Source of the DNA: Candidatus Binatia bacterium
GTDB lineage: Bacteria > Desulfobacterota > Binatia > HRBIN30
Length of the DNA stretch: 64,000 bases
Reading direction: 5' to 3'
Assembly (NCBI GenBank): GCA_038245295.1
Contig: JBBRSP010000010.1
Span: 1 to 64,000 of the forward strand
Positions 1 to 9,726 of this stretch are shown one piece after another. The notes beneath the pieces are model-generated. The model made no database searches. It was given only the letters and a program-made list of their open reading frames with translations, and had not been told where the DNA came from. The position numbers and the translations under genes were made by a program. How positions within the stretch are numbered: position 1 is the stretch's first letter; every line of letters begins with the position of its first letter.

Positions 1-145
1 CCGTGTTCATCCGTGGCCAACAGCCCGTCGACGTTCCGCCTGGCTCAATCGCCACAGATGCACACAGATAAACACAGATACTTCCGAACCAGGCGGCACG
101 CGCGCCGAAGGTCGCGCCCGCGCCATCCGTGTTCATCCGTGGCCA
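1..145. repeat. Left part of the GxxExxY-associated inverted-repeat array (cut by window edge)
   Basis: ...CCGTGTTCATCCGTGGCC (1-18), 32-bp spacer, GCCACAGATGCACACAGATAAACACAGAT (51-79), ATCCGTGTTCATCCGTGGCC (125-144); same unit as 684-1147. Confidence 0.95.
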
Positions 146-149
146 TTCA

Positions 150-560
150 TTACCAATCGTGTTCACGATCGACCAGCATGCCCTGGCTGGGGCCAGCGAT
201 ACGCTTCACTTCGCAACGAGGATTCCCGAAGTTGAGCAGCAGGCACAACCCGAGCCCTGTTGCCCTCAAGTAATTGATACACTGAGCGATGTTGATGTTA
301 CTCAAAGACTTGGCGGCTTTCAGCTCGACCAAGATAGTGTCCGCCACAAGGAGATCCACGAAGTAGTCGCCGACAATCGCGCCATGATACCGGACCGTGA
401 CAGGCCACTGTTGGCGAACTAACAGACCAGAACAGCGAAGCTCGTATGCGAGCGCGTTCTCGTAAACCTTCTCTAGGAACCCAGCACCGAGCGTGTTGCT
501 GACTCGGAACGCTGCAGCAATGATCGCCCCCGTCGTCTGGTTGAGCTCCGCCTTATTCAT
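150..560 (-). CDS. GxxExxY protein (PD-(D/E)XK nuclease fold)
   Basis: LGAGFLEKVYENAL (GxxExxY), VDLLV...VELKA catalytic motif, QCINYL...LLLNFG; start taken at MNKAELNQ. Confidence 0.93.
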   Translation of the reverse strand: MNKAELNQTTGAIIAAAFRVSNTLGAGFLEKVYENALAYELRCSGLLVRQQWPVTVRYHGAIVGDYFVDLLVADTILVELKAAKSLSNINIAQCINYLRATGLGLCLLLNFGNPRCEVKRIAGPSQGMLVDREHDW

Positions 561-683
561 CCTGCAGAAACGCTGCCAACTACTCAGCGAACACACAATC
601 GCTTGGCTGCCTCGATGCATTGCAGCTAGCGGGCGCTCGGCGTTTGATCGTCACCTGGTCGACGACCGACTCCTCGGAGTAGC

Positions 684-1147
684 GCCACGGGGATACAGAC
701 CTCACGCGCACCGAAGGCCGCGCCTGCGCCATCTGTGTTTATCCGTGTTCATCCGTGGCCAACGGCGCGTCATCGTTGCGGCTGGCTCAAGCGCCACAGA
801 TGCACACAGATAACCCGACCAGACCGCACGCGCGCCGAAGGCCGCGCCCCGGCCATCTGTGTTCATCCGTGTTCATCCGTGGCCAACAGCCCGTCATCGT
901 TCCATCGGGCTCAAGCGCCACAGATGCACACAGATAAACACAGATACTTCCGAACCAGACCGCACGCGCGCCGAAGGCCGCGCCCCGGCCATCTGTGTTC
1001 ATCCGTGTTCATCCGTGGCCAACAGCGCGTCATCGTTCCATCGGGCTCAAGCGCCACAGATGAACACAGATACGTCCCGACCAGACCGCACGCGCGCCGA
1101 AGGCCGCGCCCCGGCCATCTGTGTTCATCCGTATTCATCCGTGGCCA
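684..1147. repeat. Right part of the GxxExxY-associated array: about 3.5 tandem units of 124-136 bp built from inverted repeat pairs
   Basis: ATCTGTGTT(C/T)ATCCGT(G/A)TTCATCCGTGGCC at 731, 855, 991, 1117; inverted GCCACAGATG(C/A)ACACAGAT at 793, 917, 1053; degenerate copy at 684. Confidence 0.95.
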
Positions 1148-1183
1148 ACACCCTGTCGACGCTCGCCACGGCCCGCAAAGGAC

Positions 1184-1534
1184 CTACGGCTTGACGATCC
1201 CGGCACTCACAACCACCGCAACGCCCAGCGCCGCAACCGCCACGTAACAAAACCAGCCGGCGACGATCGATGAGAGATGCCGTCCGCGAAACCACGGACG
1301 TCGCACCGCAGCGAAGACGGCTAGCGTCGGGAGGCCGACGAATACGGCGCCGAGCACGGCGCCTTCGGTCCATGGGTCACCGGCGTTGAGAACGGAGAAC
1401 GCGACGGAGATCGCGACGCCGGCCACCACGATCGTTGCCGGAAGGGTCCAGTAGATCGAGGCGCGCGCGTCGCGGCTGGCCGTGGCGATACTCGCGAGAA
1501 TGGCGGGCCACAGGAGGAATACGAGGAAGTCCAT
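1184..1534 (-). CDS. Small integral membrane protein (about 4 TM)
   Basis: Hydrophobic ORF from MDFLVFLLWP; AAGGA upstream. Confidence 0.6.
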   Translation of the reverse strand: MDFLVFLLWPAILASIATASRDARASIYWTLPATIVVAGVAISVAFSVLNAGDPWTEGAVLGAVFVGLPTLAVFAAVRRPWFRGRHLSSIVAGWFCYVAVAALGVAVVVSAGIVKP

Positions 1535-1574
1535 CAGCGTCCTTGCGTGACAACGAGTGGCGGGCGTCGCTGTC

Positions 1575-3512
1575 CTACGCACCGTAGAGCAGCCGGAGCA
1601 AGGCGATGACATCGGCGGCGGTGACTCTTCCGTCAGCATTGACGTCGGCTTCGAGCGGCGTCGGCGTGACGTTGCCGTAGATCACGTGTTGCAGCGCTTC
1701 GAGGTCGCGCTCGTCGACGCTGCCATCCAGGTTGGCGTCGCCGCGCAGCGGCGGAGGTGTTGGGGTGCCGGTAGGTGATGCGGTCGCGGTGAACGACGCG
1801 GTCGCCGTCGCTGTGGCCGTCACCGACGGCGTCGCGGTGGGTGTTGCCGTTGGTGTGGCCGTCGGCGTCGACGTCGGCAGGTCGGTATTGGTTGCCGTCG
1901 CCGTCGGCAGGGGTGTGTCGGTTGCGGTCGGCGTCGGCGTCGTGCTTGGCGTCGAGGTGGGCGTCGACGTCGGCGTCGCGGTGGGTGTGTCGGTCACCGT
2001 TGATGTCGGCGATGGTGTGGCCGTCGCGGTTGGTGTGGCGGTTTGCGTCGGCGTCGGAGTCGGGGTGTTTGTCGGGGTGTCGGTCGGCGTCGACGTTGGA
2101 GTTGGTGTCGATGACGGTGTGGCGGTTGCGGTCGGCGTCGACGTCGAGGTGCGGCTCGGCGTCGACGTTGGGGTGGGCGTCGGCTGCTCCCAACACACTT
2201 CTAAATACAGACTCGTGGTGCGGATCGGGTCGTTCAACGACACTTGATGGGCAATGCCGAGTCGGGTGGTGGCGACGTCGTCCCATGTCCAAAGGCGGCC
2301 GAATAAAGGGTGTGTGCAGACACCCGGCGCCGTGCCGCAGAAGATGGCGAGGTAGTCCTGGTAGTTCACCGTCACCGGCTGCTGCACGGCGGCGTTCTGG
2401 CGCACCCCCGTGCCGGTGCGCAGATAGGTCCGCACCGTGTCGGCGCCGACGCCGCGCTCCGAACGCGACACGGCATGGACGGCGACGTAGTTGATGCGTT
2501 CCACGTGTGGTGGCGCAGCACTCAGGACGTACTCGTCCTCGACCGGCCCTGACAATCCGGTGGCCGTATCCCAATGAATGTACGACGCGTCGCCATCGTT
2601 GCCGTTGAGACAACTGAAATTCTGTGCGGCGCCAAAAGCTTTGTTCTTCGGCGGCAGGCTGTTGCCGATCGGCCCGACGGCGATGCAGTTCGGGCGCGAC
2701 GTCGGGAACGTTGTCGCGGTCGGGGTTGGCGTCGACACGATACAGCGCCCCGACACCGCGTCGCAGCTACCATTGTACACGGGGGTACCCTGTGAACCAC
2801 AACCGACGTCGGTTGCGGGCGCGCCGCAGAGCGAAACAACGCCGGCCTGGTACTGACAACAATCGGACGGCCCCGGCGTCGGCGTTTGGGTGATCGTCGG
2901 GGTCGTAGTGGCGGTCGGCGTTGCCGTTTGCGTCGCGGTTTGGGTGGCAGTGGGCGTCTGTGTCGACGTCGGGCTCGGCGACGCGGTCGGCGTCGCCGTT
3001 TGACTCGGGAGATGGGTCAACGTCGGCGTACCGGTCTGCGTGGGCGTTGGGGTGAAGACGGCGCACGTGCCGCCAATACAGGCGGCGTTGAAGACGATCA
3101 GGCCGCTGCCGCACGAGCCGTTGGTCGGCGCACCACAGAACAAGGAACCGCTGACGTTGATCTGGCAGCAGTCACCGCTCCCCGGCGTAACCGTAGGCGT
3201 GCGTGTCACCGTCGGTGTCGGCGTGATCGTCGGCGTGCGCGTTCCGGTCGGCAGCTTGGTGCTGGTGCGTGTCTGGGTGATGGTCGACGTTGGCGTCGAA
3301 GAACGCGTCGACGTCACGGTTGGCGTCGAGGTCGGCGTCCAAGTACTGGATGGTGTGCGGGTCGCAGTTGGCGTGCGCGTGAACGTGCGGGTCGCATTGG
3401 ACGTCGGCGTCACGCCGAGGGCCGACGCGTCCCATGATAAAGCGGCGATCGAGAGGGCCACGAGGCCCAGTCGCCAAATTGAGCTAACGATCACCGTGAT
3501 CCTTCCTAGCAC
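1575..3512 (-). CDS. Secreted Thr/Pro-rich protein with two Cys-rich modules and a C-terminal dockerin-like domain
   Basis: Signal peptide; (T-X)n linkers; two DCCQ...CGAP modules; C-terminal [15 protein letters not shown]...[14 protein letters not shown]. Confidence 0.85.
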   Translation of the reverse strand: MLGRITVIVSSIWRLGLVALSIAALSWDASALGVTPTSNATRTFTRTPTATRTPSSTWTPTSTPTVTSTRSSTPTSTITQTRTSTKLPTGTRTPTITPTPTVTRTPTVTPGSGDCCQINVSGSLFCGAPTNGSCGSGLIVFNAACIGGTCAVFTPTPTQTGTPTLTHLPSQTATPTASPSPTSTQTPTATQTATQTATPTATTTPTITQTPTPGPSDCCQYQAGVVSLCGAPATDVGCGSQGTPVYNGSCDAVSGRCIVSTPTPTATTFPTSRPNCIAVGPIGNSLPPKNKAFGAAQNFSCLNGNDGDASYIHWDTATGLSGPVEDEYVLSAAPPHVERINYVAVHAVSRSERGVGADTVRTYLRTGTGVRQNAAVQQPVTVNYQDYLAIFCGTAPGVCTHPLFGRLWTWDDVATTRLGIAHQVSLNDPIRTTSLYLEVCWEQPTPTPTSTPSRTSTSTPTATATPSSTPTPTSTPTDTPTNTPTPTPTQTATPTATATPSPTSTVTDTPTATPTSTPTSTPSTTPTPTATDTPLPTATATNTDLPTSTPTATPTATPTATPSVTATATATASFTATASPTGTPTPPPLRGDANLDGSVDERDLEALQHVIYGNVTPTPLEADVNADGRVTAADVIALLRLLYGA

Positions 3513-3733
3513 GCGAACATCCGATGAGAAGAACGGGCGCGCTAGCGAGGATTGACCAGACGCACAACGGCGGCGCCGAAATCAAGGCGGCCGTTGAGGT
3601 TCCGACCTACCATGATTGACACACCCTTTGTTCAAGCCCTAACTACGTCGGCTGTGCGCCCTGTTCGCCCGTCGGCCCCGCCTGAAGGAGTGTTCATGAT
3701 CTCCCGTCGTCCGTACCCGTTAAAATCCAGGCG

Positions 3734-3877
3734 CCCCCTCTCCCACATCGAGTGGACCGGCGGCGTGTGGGAGAGGGTCGGGGTGAGGGTACACACGCGT
3801 AGCTGCTCCACTCCGCTGGCAGGCCCTCACCCTAACCCTCTCCCAGCGGCGTCCATCCATTTGAACCGGGAGAGGGG
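3734..3877. repeat. Inverted pair of CCCTCTCCC...GGGAGAGGG palindromic repeats
   Basis: CCCCCTCTCCC-loop-GGGAGAGGGTCGGGGTGAGGG then CCCTCACCCTAACCCTCTCCC-loop-GGGAGAGGGG; related copies near 21786, 38861, 60993. Confidence 0.85.
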
Positions 3878-3930
3878 ATGTTTGCGCACACCAGCTTCGA
3901 GGGGACCGCGATGCAGGAAGAGCATGTCCC

Positions 3931-4980
3931 ATGAAGCGTGAGCGGCTGCGGATCATTCTGCCGTTGCTGCTGGTCGTCGGCGGACTTGGCTACTACCTCT
4001 GGCAATTGCGCGCCACCGAGTTGGTGTTGACTGGCATCGTGACGACGCACGAAGTGATCGTCAGCCCACAGATCGCCGGGCGCATCGACAAGTTGTTGGT
4101 CAACGACGGCGACACCGTGAAACGCGACCAGTTGCTGGTTTCTATCGTGCCGGACGAGCTGCGCGCCGACAGCGCTTTCTACAGCCACAGCGCCGAGGGC
4201 CTGGCGTCACAGGTCAAAGAGAGCGAAGCGGCGCTGCGGCTGCAGGAGAAACAAACCACCGATCAAATCCGCCAGGCCGAGGCCATGCTGGCTTCCTCTG
4301 AATCGCAGCTGGTGGCGGCCCAGGCCGACACGGAAAACGTACGTTTGCGCTTCGAGCGCAATCAGCAGCTCAAACCGCAGGGTGTCGTCTCTACCGAAGA
4401 GTTCGATCAAACGCGCACCGCCTACGACGCCGCCAAGGCGCGTGTCGATTCGCTGCGCAAACAGGCCGACGCGGCGCGCGCGACATTGGAGTTGGCGCGT
4501 TCGAACGCTGAGCAGACCGAGATGCGCAGCCAGGCCTTGCACGCCAGCCAGCAGCAGCAAGAAGCCGCGGCAGCGCAACGCGCCAAGGCCGATGTGCGCC
4601 TCGCCTACACGTCGATCACCGCACCGATCGATGCAACGGTGGATGTCGTCGCGGTGCGCCAGGGAGAAGTGGTGAGCCCAGGCCAGCCCCTGCTGACGCT
4701 GATCAACCCCGACGACCTCTGGGTGCGCGTCGACATCGAAGAGACGTATATCGACCGTATCCGTATCGGCGACACCATGACGGTTCGTTTGCCCTCCGGC
4801 GACGAACGCCAAGGGAGTGTGTTTTTTCGCGGCGTGGATGCCGGCTTTGCGACACAGCGCGATGTCAGCCGTTTCAAGCGCGACATCAAGACGTTCGAGG
4901 TCCGCCTGCGCGTCGACAATCGCGATCGCCGTCTTGCTGTTGGTATGACCGCCTACATCCAGCTCGCACTGTCGCACTGA
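3931..4980 (+). CDS. HlyD-family membrane fusion protein of an ABC exporter
   Basis: N-terminal TM, biotinyl-like GRIDKLLVNDGDTVKRDQLL, long coiled coil, ITAPID...GEVVSPGQPL. Confidence 0.92.
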   Translation: MKRERLRIILPLLLVVGGLGYYLWQLRATELVLTGIVTTHEVIVSPQIAGRIDKLLVNDGDTVKRDQLLVSIVPDELRADSAFYSHSAEGLASQVKESEAALRLQEKQTTDQIRQAEAMLASSESQLVAAQADTENVRLRFERNQQLKPQGVVSTEEFDQTRTAYDAAKARVDSLRKQADAARATLELARSNAEQTEMRSQALHASQQQQEAAAAQRAKADVRLAYTSITAPIDATVDVVAVRQGEVVSPGQPLLTLINPDDLWVRVDIEETYIDRIRIGDTMTVRLPSGDERQGSVFFRGVDAGFATQRDVSRFKRDIKTFEVRLRVDNRDRRLAVGMTAYIQLALSH

Positions 4981-5966
4981 TGCTGGCCATCGACGTCCGC
5001 GAGATCGTCAAGCGCTTCGGCGAGTTCACGGCAGTGAACGGCGTCAGCTTCTCGGTTCAATCCGGTGAGATCTTTGGGCTGCTGGGGCCGAACGGCGCCG
5101 GCAAGTCGACCTTGATCCGCATGTTGACGACGCTGCTGCCGCCGAGCGCCGGCACGGCGAGCGTCGGCGGCTGCGACATCGTCGCGGATCCCGACGGCGT
5201 GCGGCACGTGATCGGCGTCATTCCGCAGGCGATGACGAGTGATCTCGAGCTCAGCGTGTACGAAAATCTACTGATCTTCGCCAAGCTCTACGGTGTGGCG
5301 CGCAGCAAGCGCGAACGTCTGATCGCCGAGCTACTCGAGGCGGTGGAGCTGACCCAATGGGCCGACAAGCAGGTGAAGAACCTGTCGGGCGGCATGCGGC
5401 GGCGGGTTGAGATCGCCCGCGGCCTGGTGCACGAACCGAGCATCTTCTTTCTCGACGAGCCTACGACGGGCTTGGATCCGGTATCGCGCGTCGCCGTATG
5501 GGGAATGATCCAGCGTGTCCAGAAGGAGCGCAACCTGACAGTGCTGCTGACGACGCACTACATGGACGAGGCCGACAAGCTTTGTGATCGCATCGCCATC
5601 GTCGATCACGGAAAACTCATGGCGCTCGACTCGCCAATGCGTTTGAAGGCGTCGATCCCCGGGAAGAACGTTCTGGAGGTCAGCTTCGCCAGCCCGCCAG
5701 AGGGTTGGGATCGGGCCCTGGCGGCGCTGCCGAACGTCGAAAGCGTCACCGGCGAAGACGATCTGTTCCGCATCGCCTCCGACAACGGCCCGGCGACGAC
5801 GACGGCTCTGATGGAAATGGCGTCGCGGGTCGGGGTCACGGTTCTTTCCCTCTCGGTGCAAAGCACGTCGCTCGACGATGTCTTCGTGCATTACACCGGC
5901 CACGCTCTGCGCGACGCGCTGCAGAATGCGTCACCGCTCGACGGACCATTCATGCTGCGCCGCTAG
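4980..5966 (+). CDS. ABC transporter ATP-binding protein (DrrA-like)
   Basis: Walker A GPNGAGKST, LSGGM signature, FLDEPT, TTHYMDEA; start overlaps upstream stop. Confidence 0.95.
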   Translation: MLAIDVREIVKRFGEFTAVNGVSFSVQSGEIFGLLGPNGAGKSTLIRMLTTLLPPSAGTASVGGCDIVADPDGVRHVIGVIPQAMTSDLELSVYENLLIFAKLYGVARSKRERLIAELLEAVELTQWADKQVKNLSGGMRRRVEIARGLVHEPSIFFLDEPTTGLDPVSRVAVWGMIQRVQKERNLTVLLTTHYMDEADKLCDRIAIVDHGKLMALDSPMRLKASIPGKNVLEVSFASPPEGWDRALAALPNVESVTGEDDLFRIASDNGPATTTALMEMASRVGVTVLSLSVQSTSLDDVFVHYTGHALRDALQNASPLDGPFMLRR

Positions 5967-5974
5967 AAGGAACG

Positions 5975-7090
5975 ATGCATCGAACCTGGGCCATCATCGA
6001 ACGTGAGATGCGGCGGTTCCGCCGCAGCCCAACGCTCATCGTCATGTCGCTGTTCTTCCCGATCGTGCAACTCGTCGTGCTGGGCTACGCGTTCGGCGGC
6101 ATCGTCAAGAACCTCAAGGTGGGTGTCGTCGATCAAGACCACGGTCTCTCGGCGGTGCAAGTGCGCGAGTTGTGCAATGCCGTCGCCAGTGGCGCGCGCA
6201 CCTTCGATACGATCCAGTACAGCAACGAAGGTGAGGCGCTGGCCGACCTGCGCAACGGTCACATCAACGGCGTGCTGATCATCCCGCCGGAGTTCACGCG
6301 ACGGCGTCTAGAGAATGCGGCGCCGCGTTTGGCGCTCATCGAGGACAACACCGACAACTTCGTCGCTGCGACGCTGGCAGCGTCGATGAGCGGGGTTATT
6401 GGAGCACTGAGCCAACCGGCCGCCGACACGCGGCGCGTGGCGGCCCATCCGACGATGGATCTCGTCGAAGTCTATCCCTACGTGCCGTACATCCAATACC
6501 TGTTGCCGGGTTCGATCGTCATGTCGGTGTTCATGATGGTAATGATCGGCGGCGGCATCATCTTCATCGACGACAAGGCGCGCGGCCTGCACGAGGGTTA
6601 TCTCGTCACACCGATCACCAAGCTCGAGCTCATCGCCGGCTTCAACCTGTCGGGTACGATCAAGGCGGTCATGGCAGGGTTTGTTCTGCTGACCGTCGGC
6701 TCGTTGATCGCCGGCATCCCGGATCCGTTTGCCCCGCTGCGTCTGCTCAAGGTGATGTTGGTGATCGTCATCACAGCATTCGCGTTGATCAGCCTGATGT
6801 TTCTATTGATGGTGCGGGTCAGCGATCCGCTCGTGCCGCGCGCCATGTTCGGCGTTCTGAACACCATGCTCTACTTCCCCAGCGGTGCGGTCTACCCGCG
6901 CCAAGGCTTTCCGGCGTGGATGCAATTCATCTCGGCGCTCGATCCGTTCACCTATGCCGTGCATGCGCTGAAGTGCTTGCTGCTCAAGGACACCGGCTTC
7001 GCGGCGATCACCGGCGACCTGGCGTTTCTGGTGTTGTTCTCAACCGTGGCGATGACGGCGGCGACGAGGTTGTTCCGGCGCACGCTTTGA
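5975..7090 (+). CDS. ABC-2 type permease
   Basis: AAGGA RBS, MHRTWAIIEREM, N-terminal TM, extracytoplasmic loop, C-terminal TMs with SGAVYP...PAWMQ...PFTYA. Confidence 0.92.
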   Translation: MHRTWAIIEREMRRFRRSPTLIVMSLFFPIVQLVVLGYAFGGIVKNLKVGVVDQDHGLSAVQVRELCNAVASGARTFDTIQYSNEGEALADLRNGHINGVLIIPPEFTRRRLENAAPRLALIEDNTDNFVAATLAASMSGVIGALSQPAADTRRVAAHPTMDLVEVYPYVPYIQYLLPGSIVMSVFMMVMIGGGIIFIDDKARGLHEGYLVTPITKLELIAGFNLSGTIKAVMAGFVLLTVGSLIAGIPDPFAPLRLLKVMLVIVITAFALISLMFLLMVRVSDPLVPRAMFGVLNTMLYFPSGAVYPRQGFPAWMQFISALDPFTYAVHALKCLLLKDTGFAAITGDLAFLVLFSTVAMTAATRLFRRTL

Positions 7091-7098
7091 GCGTCTCG

Positions 7099-7306
7099 CC
7101 GCAGGCTGAACCCTGCGCCTTACCAATGCATCCGAGGGAAAGCGGGTAGGCGCAGGCTGAAGAGGCTGTCTCAAAACCTTGCGGAGCCGGCTTCGACAGG
7201 CTCAGCCTGAGCGGGTGCTTGGTTGATTTTCAAAGACATTTTGTCCGCTCGCCCTGAGCCCGTCGAAGGGTGAGCCTGGGTTTTGAGACAGCCTCTTCAG
7301 CCTGCG
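7099..7306. repeat. GTAG-type REP doublet whose right REP is interrupted by a MITE
   Basis: CCGCAGGCTGAACCCTGCGCCTTACC ... GTAGGCGCAGGCTGAA|MITE|TTCAGCCTGCG. Confidence 0.9.
7162..7295. mobile_element. 134-bp MITE, copy 1 (TIR GAGGCTGTCTCAAAAC), carrying an internal CTTCGACAGGCTCAG/CTGAGCCCGTCGAAG repeat pair
   Basis: Perfect terminal inverted repeats; near-identical copy at 9532-9665. Confidence 0.9.
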
Positions 7307-7525
7307 GCGTGTGGTGCATCGGTGAGAGTGCCTACGGGCGTCGCTTCGCGAGCCAGGCTCCGAAGCCGCCGAGGGCGGCGACGTAGACGAGATGCTTCAC
7401 GGCCTTGAGAGCGCCGGTGTGCGCCGCGACGAGGCGCCGCGCACAATTGCCAACGGCGCAAAGCAGCCTTGCGCTTTTGGGAGGGCACGTTGCGCCGATG
7501 CGGCACCGCGCTACCTAGGGACGCC

Positions 7526-8194
7526 ATGAACGTAGTCGACGCCATCAAGGGACGTATCTCGACGCGAGCCTTCCTTGAACAGCCGGTCGGTGAGGCCGAC
7601 CTACGCGCCATCCTGGACATCGCGCGCTGGGCTCCATCGGGTGGCAACTGTCAGCCCTGGCACGTCTACGGGTTGTCGGGTGCCTCGATGGTGCGCTTCC
7701 GCGTCGAAGTGAAGGAAGCCAACGCCGGCAACCCGCGCGGCGACCAACCGGAGTTTCCGATCTACCCGCCGGAGATCAAGGAGCCGTATCGGGCGCGCCG
7801 CTTCGCGTGCGGCGAAGGACTCTACAAGAGCATCGGCATCCCGCGCGAGGACCGTCCCGGACGCTTGCAGCAGTTTGCCAAGAATCTCGACTTCTTCGGC
7901 GCCCCGGCGGCTTTCTTCTTCGCGCTCGATCGGCAGATGGGCCCGGGGCAATGGGCCCATCTGGGAATGCTGATGCAGAGCATCGCGCTGACCGCGGAAG
8001 AGCGCGGCCTGGCGACGTGTATGCAGGAGGCCTGGGTGCAGCGCCACACGCTGGTGCGCCGCTTCTTCGGCATCCCGGACCATCTGCAGATCTACTGCGG
8101 CATGGCCGTCGGCTATGCCGACCGCGAGGCGCCGATCAATCGCTGGCGTACAGAGAGAGCGCCGGTCGACGAGATCGCGACGTTCCTTAGCTGA
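7526..8194 (+). CDS. Nitroreductase family protein
   Basis: RISTRAF...ARWAPSGGNCQPW; FFGAP; GLATC; GMAVGY. Confidence 0.92.
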   Translation: MNVVDAIKGRISTRAFLEQPVGEADLRAILDIARWAPSGGNCQPWHVYGLSGASMVRFRVEVKEANAGNPRGDQPEFPIYPPEIKEPYRARRFACGEGLYKSIGIPREDRPGRLQQFAKNLDFFGAPAAFFFALDRQMGPGQWAHLGMLMQSIALTAEERGLATCMQEAWVQRHTLVRRFFGIPDHLQIYCGMAVGYADREAPINRWRTERAPVDEIATFLS

Positions 8195-8273
8195 TCAGGC
8201 CGCTTCGTCGGTGTGCTCCCGGGCGGTTCTCAACCTCCGCGCCCAGCGCTACGGCCGACAAGCCGAACCGCCC

Positions 8274-9410
8274 CTACCCGTGGGTCACCTTGTTGATCGT
8301 TCCGCTGATATCGAGGGTGAACGTACCCACGGCGCCCTGGAAAACGAGACCTTTGACCATCGTCACACCGAAGGCATGGACATTTAGCTTGCCGCCACCG
8401 GCATCGGTGATCACCAGCGTGCCGCCGGTGGAACTCCAGTTGTGGATGAAATTGTTCGCCGGGTTGGTTGTGACGTTATTCTCGGTATAGGTGATGCCGA
8501 TGAAGGGTGGAGTGCCCGAGGCGATCGTATAGGTCCCCGGTTGGATCGCTGTGCCGACACCGATTCCCTGGAGGGCAATGCCGCGCAACGGCTGGTTGGC
8601 AACCGGCTGACAGACAGCGCCGACGACAACCCAGATGTAGCTGTTGCTGCTACCGTCGAAGACGTCCGAGGCCGACGACTTGCCGAGGCCGAGAGCCGCG
8701 GTGTTGGCGTTCGTGTCGGCCGAGACGTTGGAGAAGGACACGCTAAGCGAGCCATCCCCACAACTCGCGACGGGCGTCGGCGTCGGCCCCGACGGCGTGG
8801 GTGTCGGTGTCGGGGCACCGGCGCTGAGGGTGCCGTTGAAGGTCTGGTCGCCGATCTGCGCCGAGATAGCGACCGTACCGGTCGACCCAGGCAGCGTCCC
8901 CGTGATGTGGATCGGGATCGTCTGCACTCCGTCGTTGAAACTGCCATTCACCTCGAAGGCGCCCGTCGCCGGATTGACGCTGCCGTCGAGGGTTGCTGAG
9001 AAGCCGCCTACCGGGAAGGTTACCGCGGTCCACAGGCGCGCCGCCAGGGACGTGCTTTCCACCACAAGAGAGCCAGTGAGGTGACCCGACGCATCCGCGC
9101 TCAGCTCGATGCTGGCGTGGCGCGCCCCGAGGGTCAGATCGCCGGAATAGTCGCCTTCCACCGAACCGGTGCAGCCGGCTAGGAGATTGTTCACACCGGC
9201 AATGATCTCATTGATGGTCACATCGCCATCGCCGCTGGCGTCGAACGGTACACACTGCGAAGCCGCGGCGTTGCCAAGAGCGATGTTGACGCCCTGAATA
9301 AGCTCGTCGACCGTCACCTCGCCGTTGGCGTTGCAGTCGCCCACACACGCGGCATCGGCACGCCCAATGAGCCCCCATACCAACATCGTCACCACAATAA
9401 ACCGCTGCAT
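8274..9410 (-). CDS. Secreted protein with N-terminal dockerin-like domain
   Basis: GGAGG RBS, signal peptide, CVGDCNANGEVTVDELIQGVNIALG...DASGDGDVTINEII. Confidence 0.85.
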   Translation of the reverse strand: MQRFIVVTMLVWGLIGRADAACVGDCNANGEVTVDELIQGVNIALGNAAASQCVPFDASGDGDVTINEIIAGVNNLLAGCTGSVEGDYSGDLTLGARHASIELSADASGHLTGSLVVESTSLAARLWTAVTFPVGGFSATLDGSVNPATGAFEVNGSFNDGVQTIPIHITGTLPGSTGTVAISAQIGDQTFNGTLSAGAPTPTPTPSGPTPTPVASCGDGSLSVSFSNVSADTNANTAALGLGKSSASDVFDGSSNSYIWVVVGAVCQPVANQPLRGIALQGIGVGTAIQPGTYTIASGTPPFIGITYTENNVTTNPANNFIHNWSSTGGTLVITDAGGGKLNVHAFGVTMVKGLVFQGAVGTFTLDISGTINKVTHG

Positions 9411-9531
9411 GGCAGACCTCCCCGTCTGCCCCTACAGGCGTTCAATCCGGTTGAACGGCGTTCCGTGAAACGGCACCGCCGGTTGGCGGGGCTGCAAACC
9501 AGACGTTGGTCGGTGGTAGGCGCAGGCTTCA

Positions 9532-9665
9532 GAGGCTGTCTCAAAACCATGCGGAGCCGGCTTCGACAGGCTCAGCCTGAGCGGGTGCTTGGTTGATTTT
9601 CAAAGACATCTTGTCCGCTCGCCCTGAGCCCGTCGAAGGGTGAGCCTATGTTTTGAGACAGCCTC
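9532..9665. mobile_element. 134-bp MITE, copy 2, inserted in the loop of a GTAG REP with a 4-bp TTCA duplication
   Basis: GTAGGCGCAGGC-TTCA|GAGGCTGTCTCAAAAC...GTTTTGAGACAGCCTC|TTCA-GCCTGCG (TSD 9528-9531 and 9666-9669). Confidence 0.92.
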
Positions 9666-9726
9666 TTCAGCCTGCGGTCACCTCAGCAAGACCGCCGGGC
9701 CTTAGGCTGGCCCGGGCCCGAACGCT

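Noticed and set aside
1..1147. CRISPR array
   Set aside because: The 32-bp spacers are homologous to each other, repeats alternate in orientation and no cas genes are present.
735..1247. ORFs with repeated ICVHPCSSVA / SVFIRG peptides
   Set aside because: Translations of the non-coding repeat array.
1732..3555. Val/Gly-rich and Asp/Ala/His-rich ORFs (also 30333-31454 and 55934-58800)
   Set aside because: Opposite-strand or alternate-frame shadows of Thr/Pro codon repeats.
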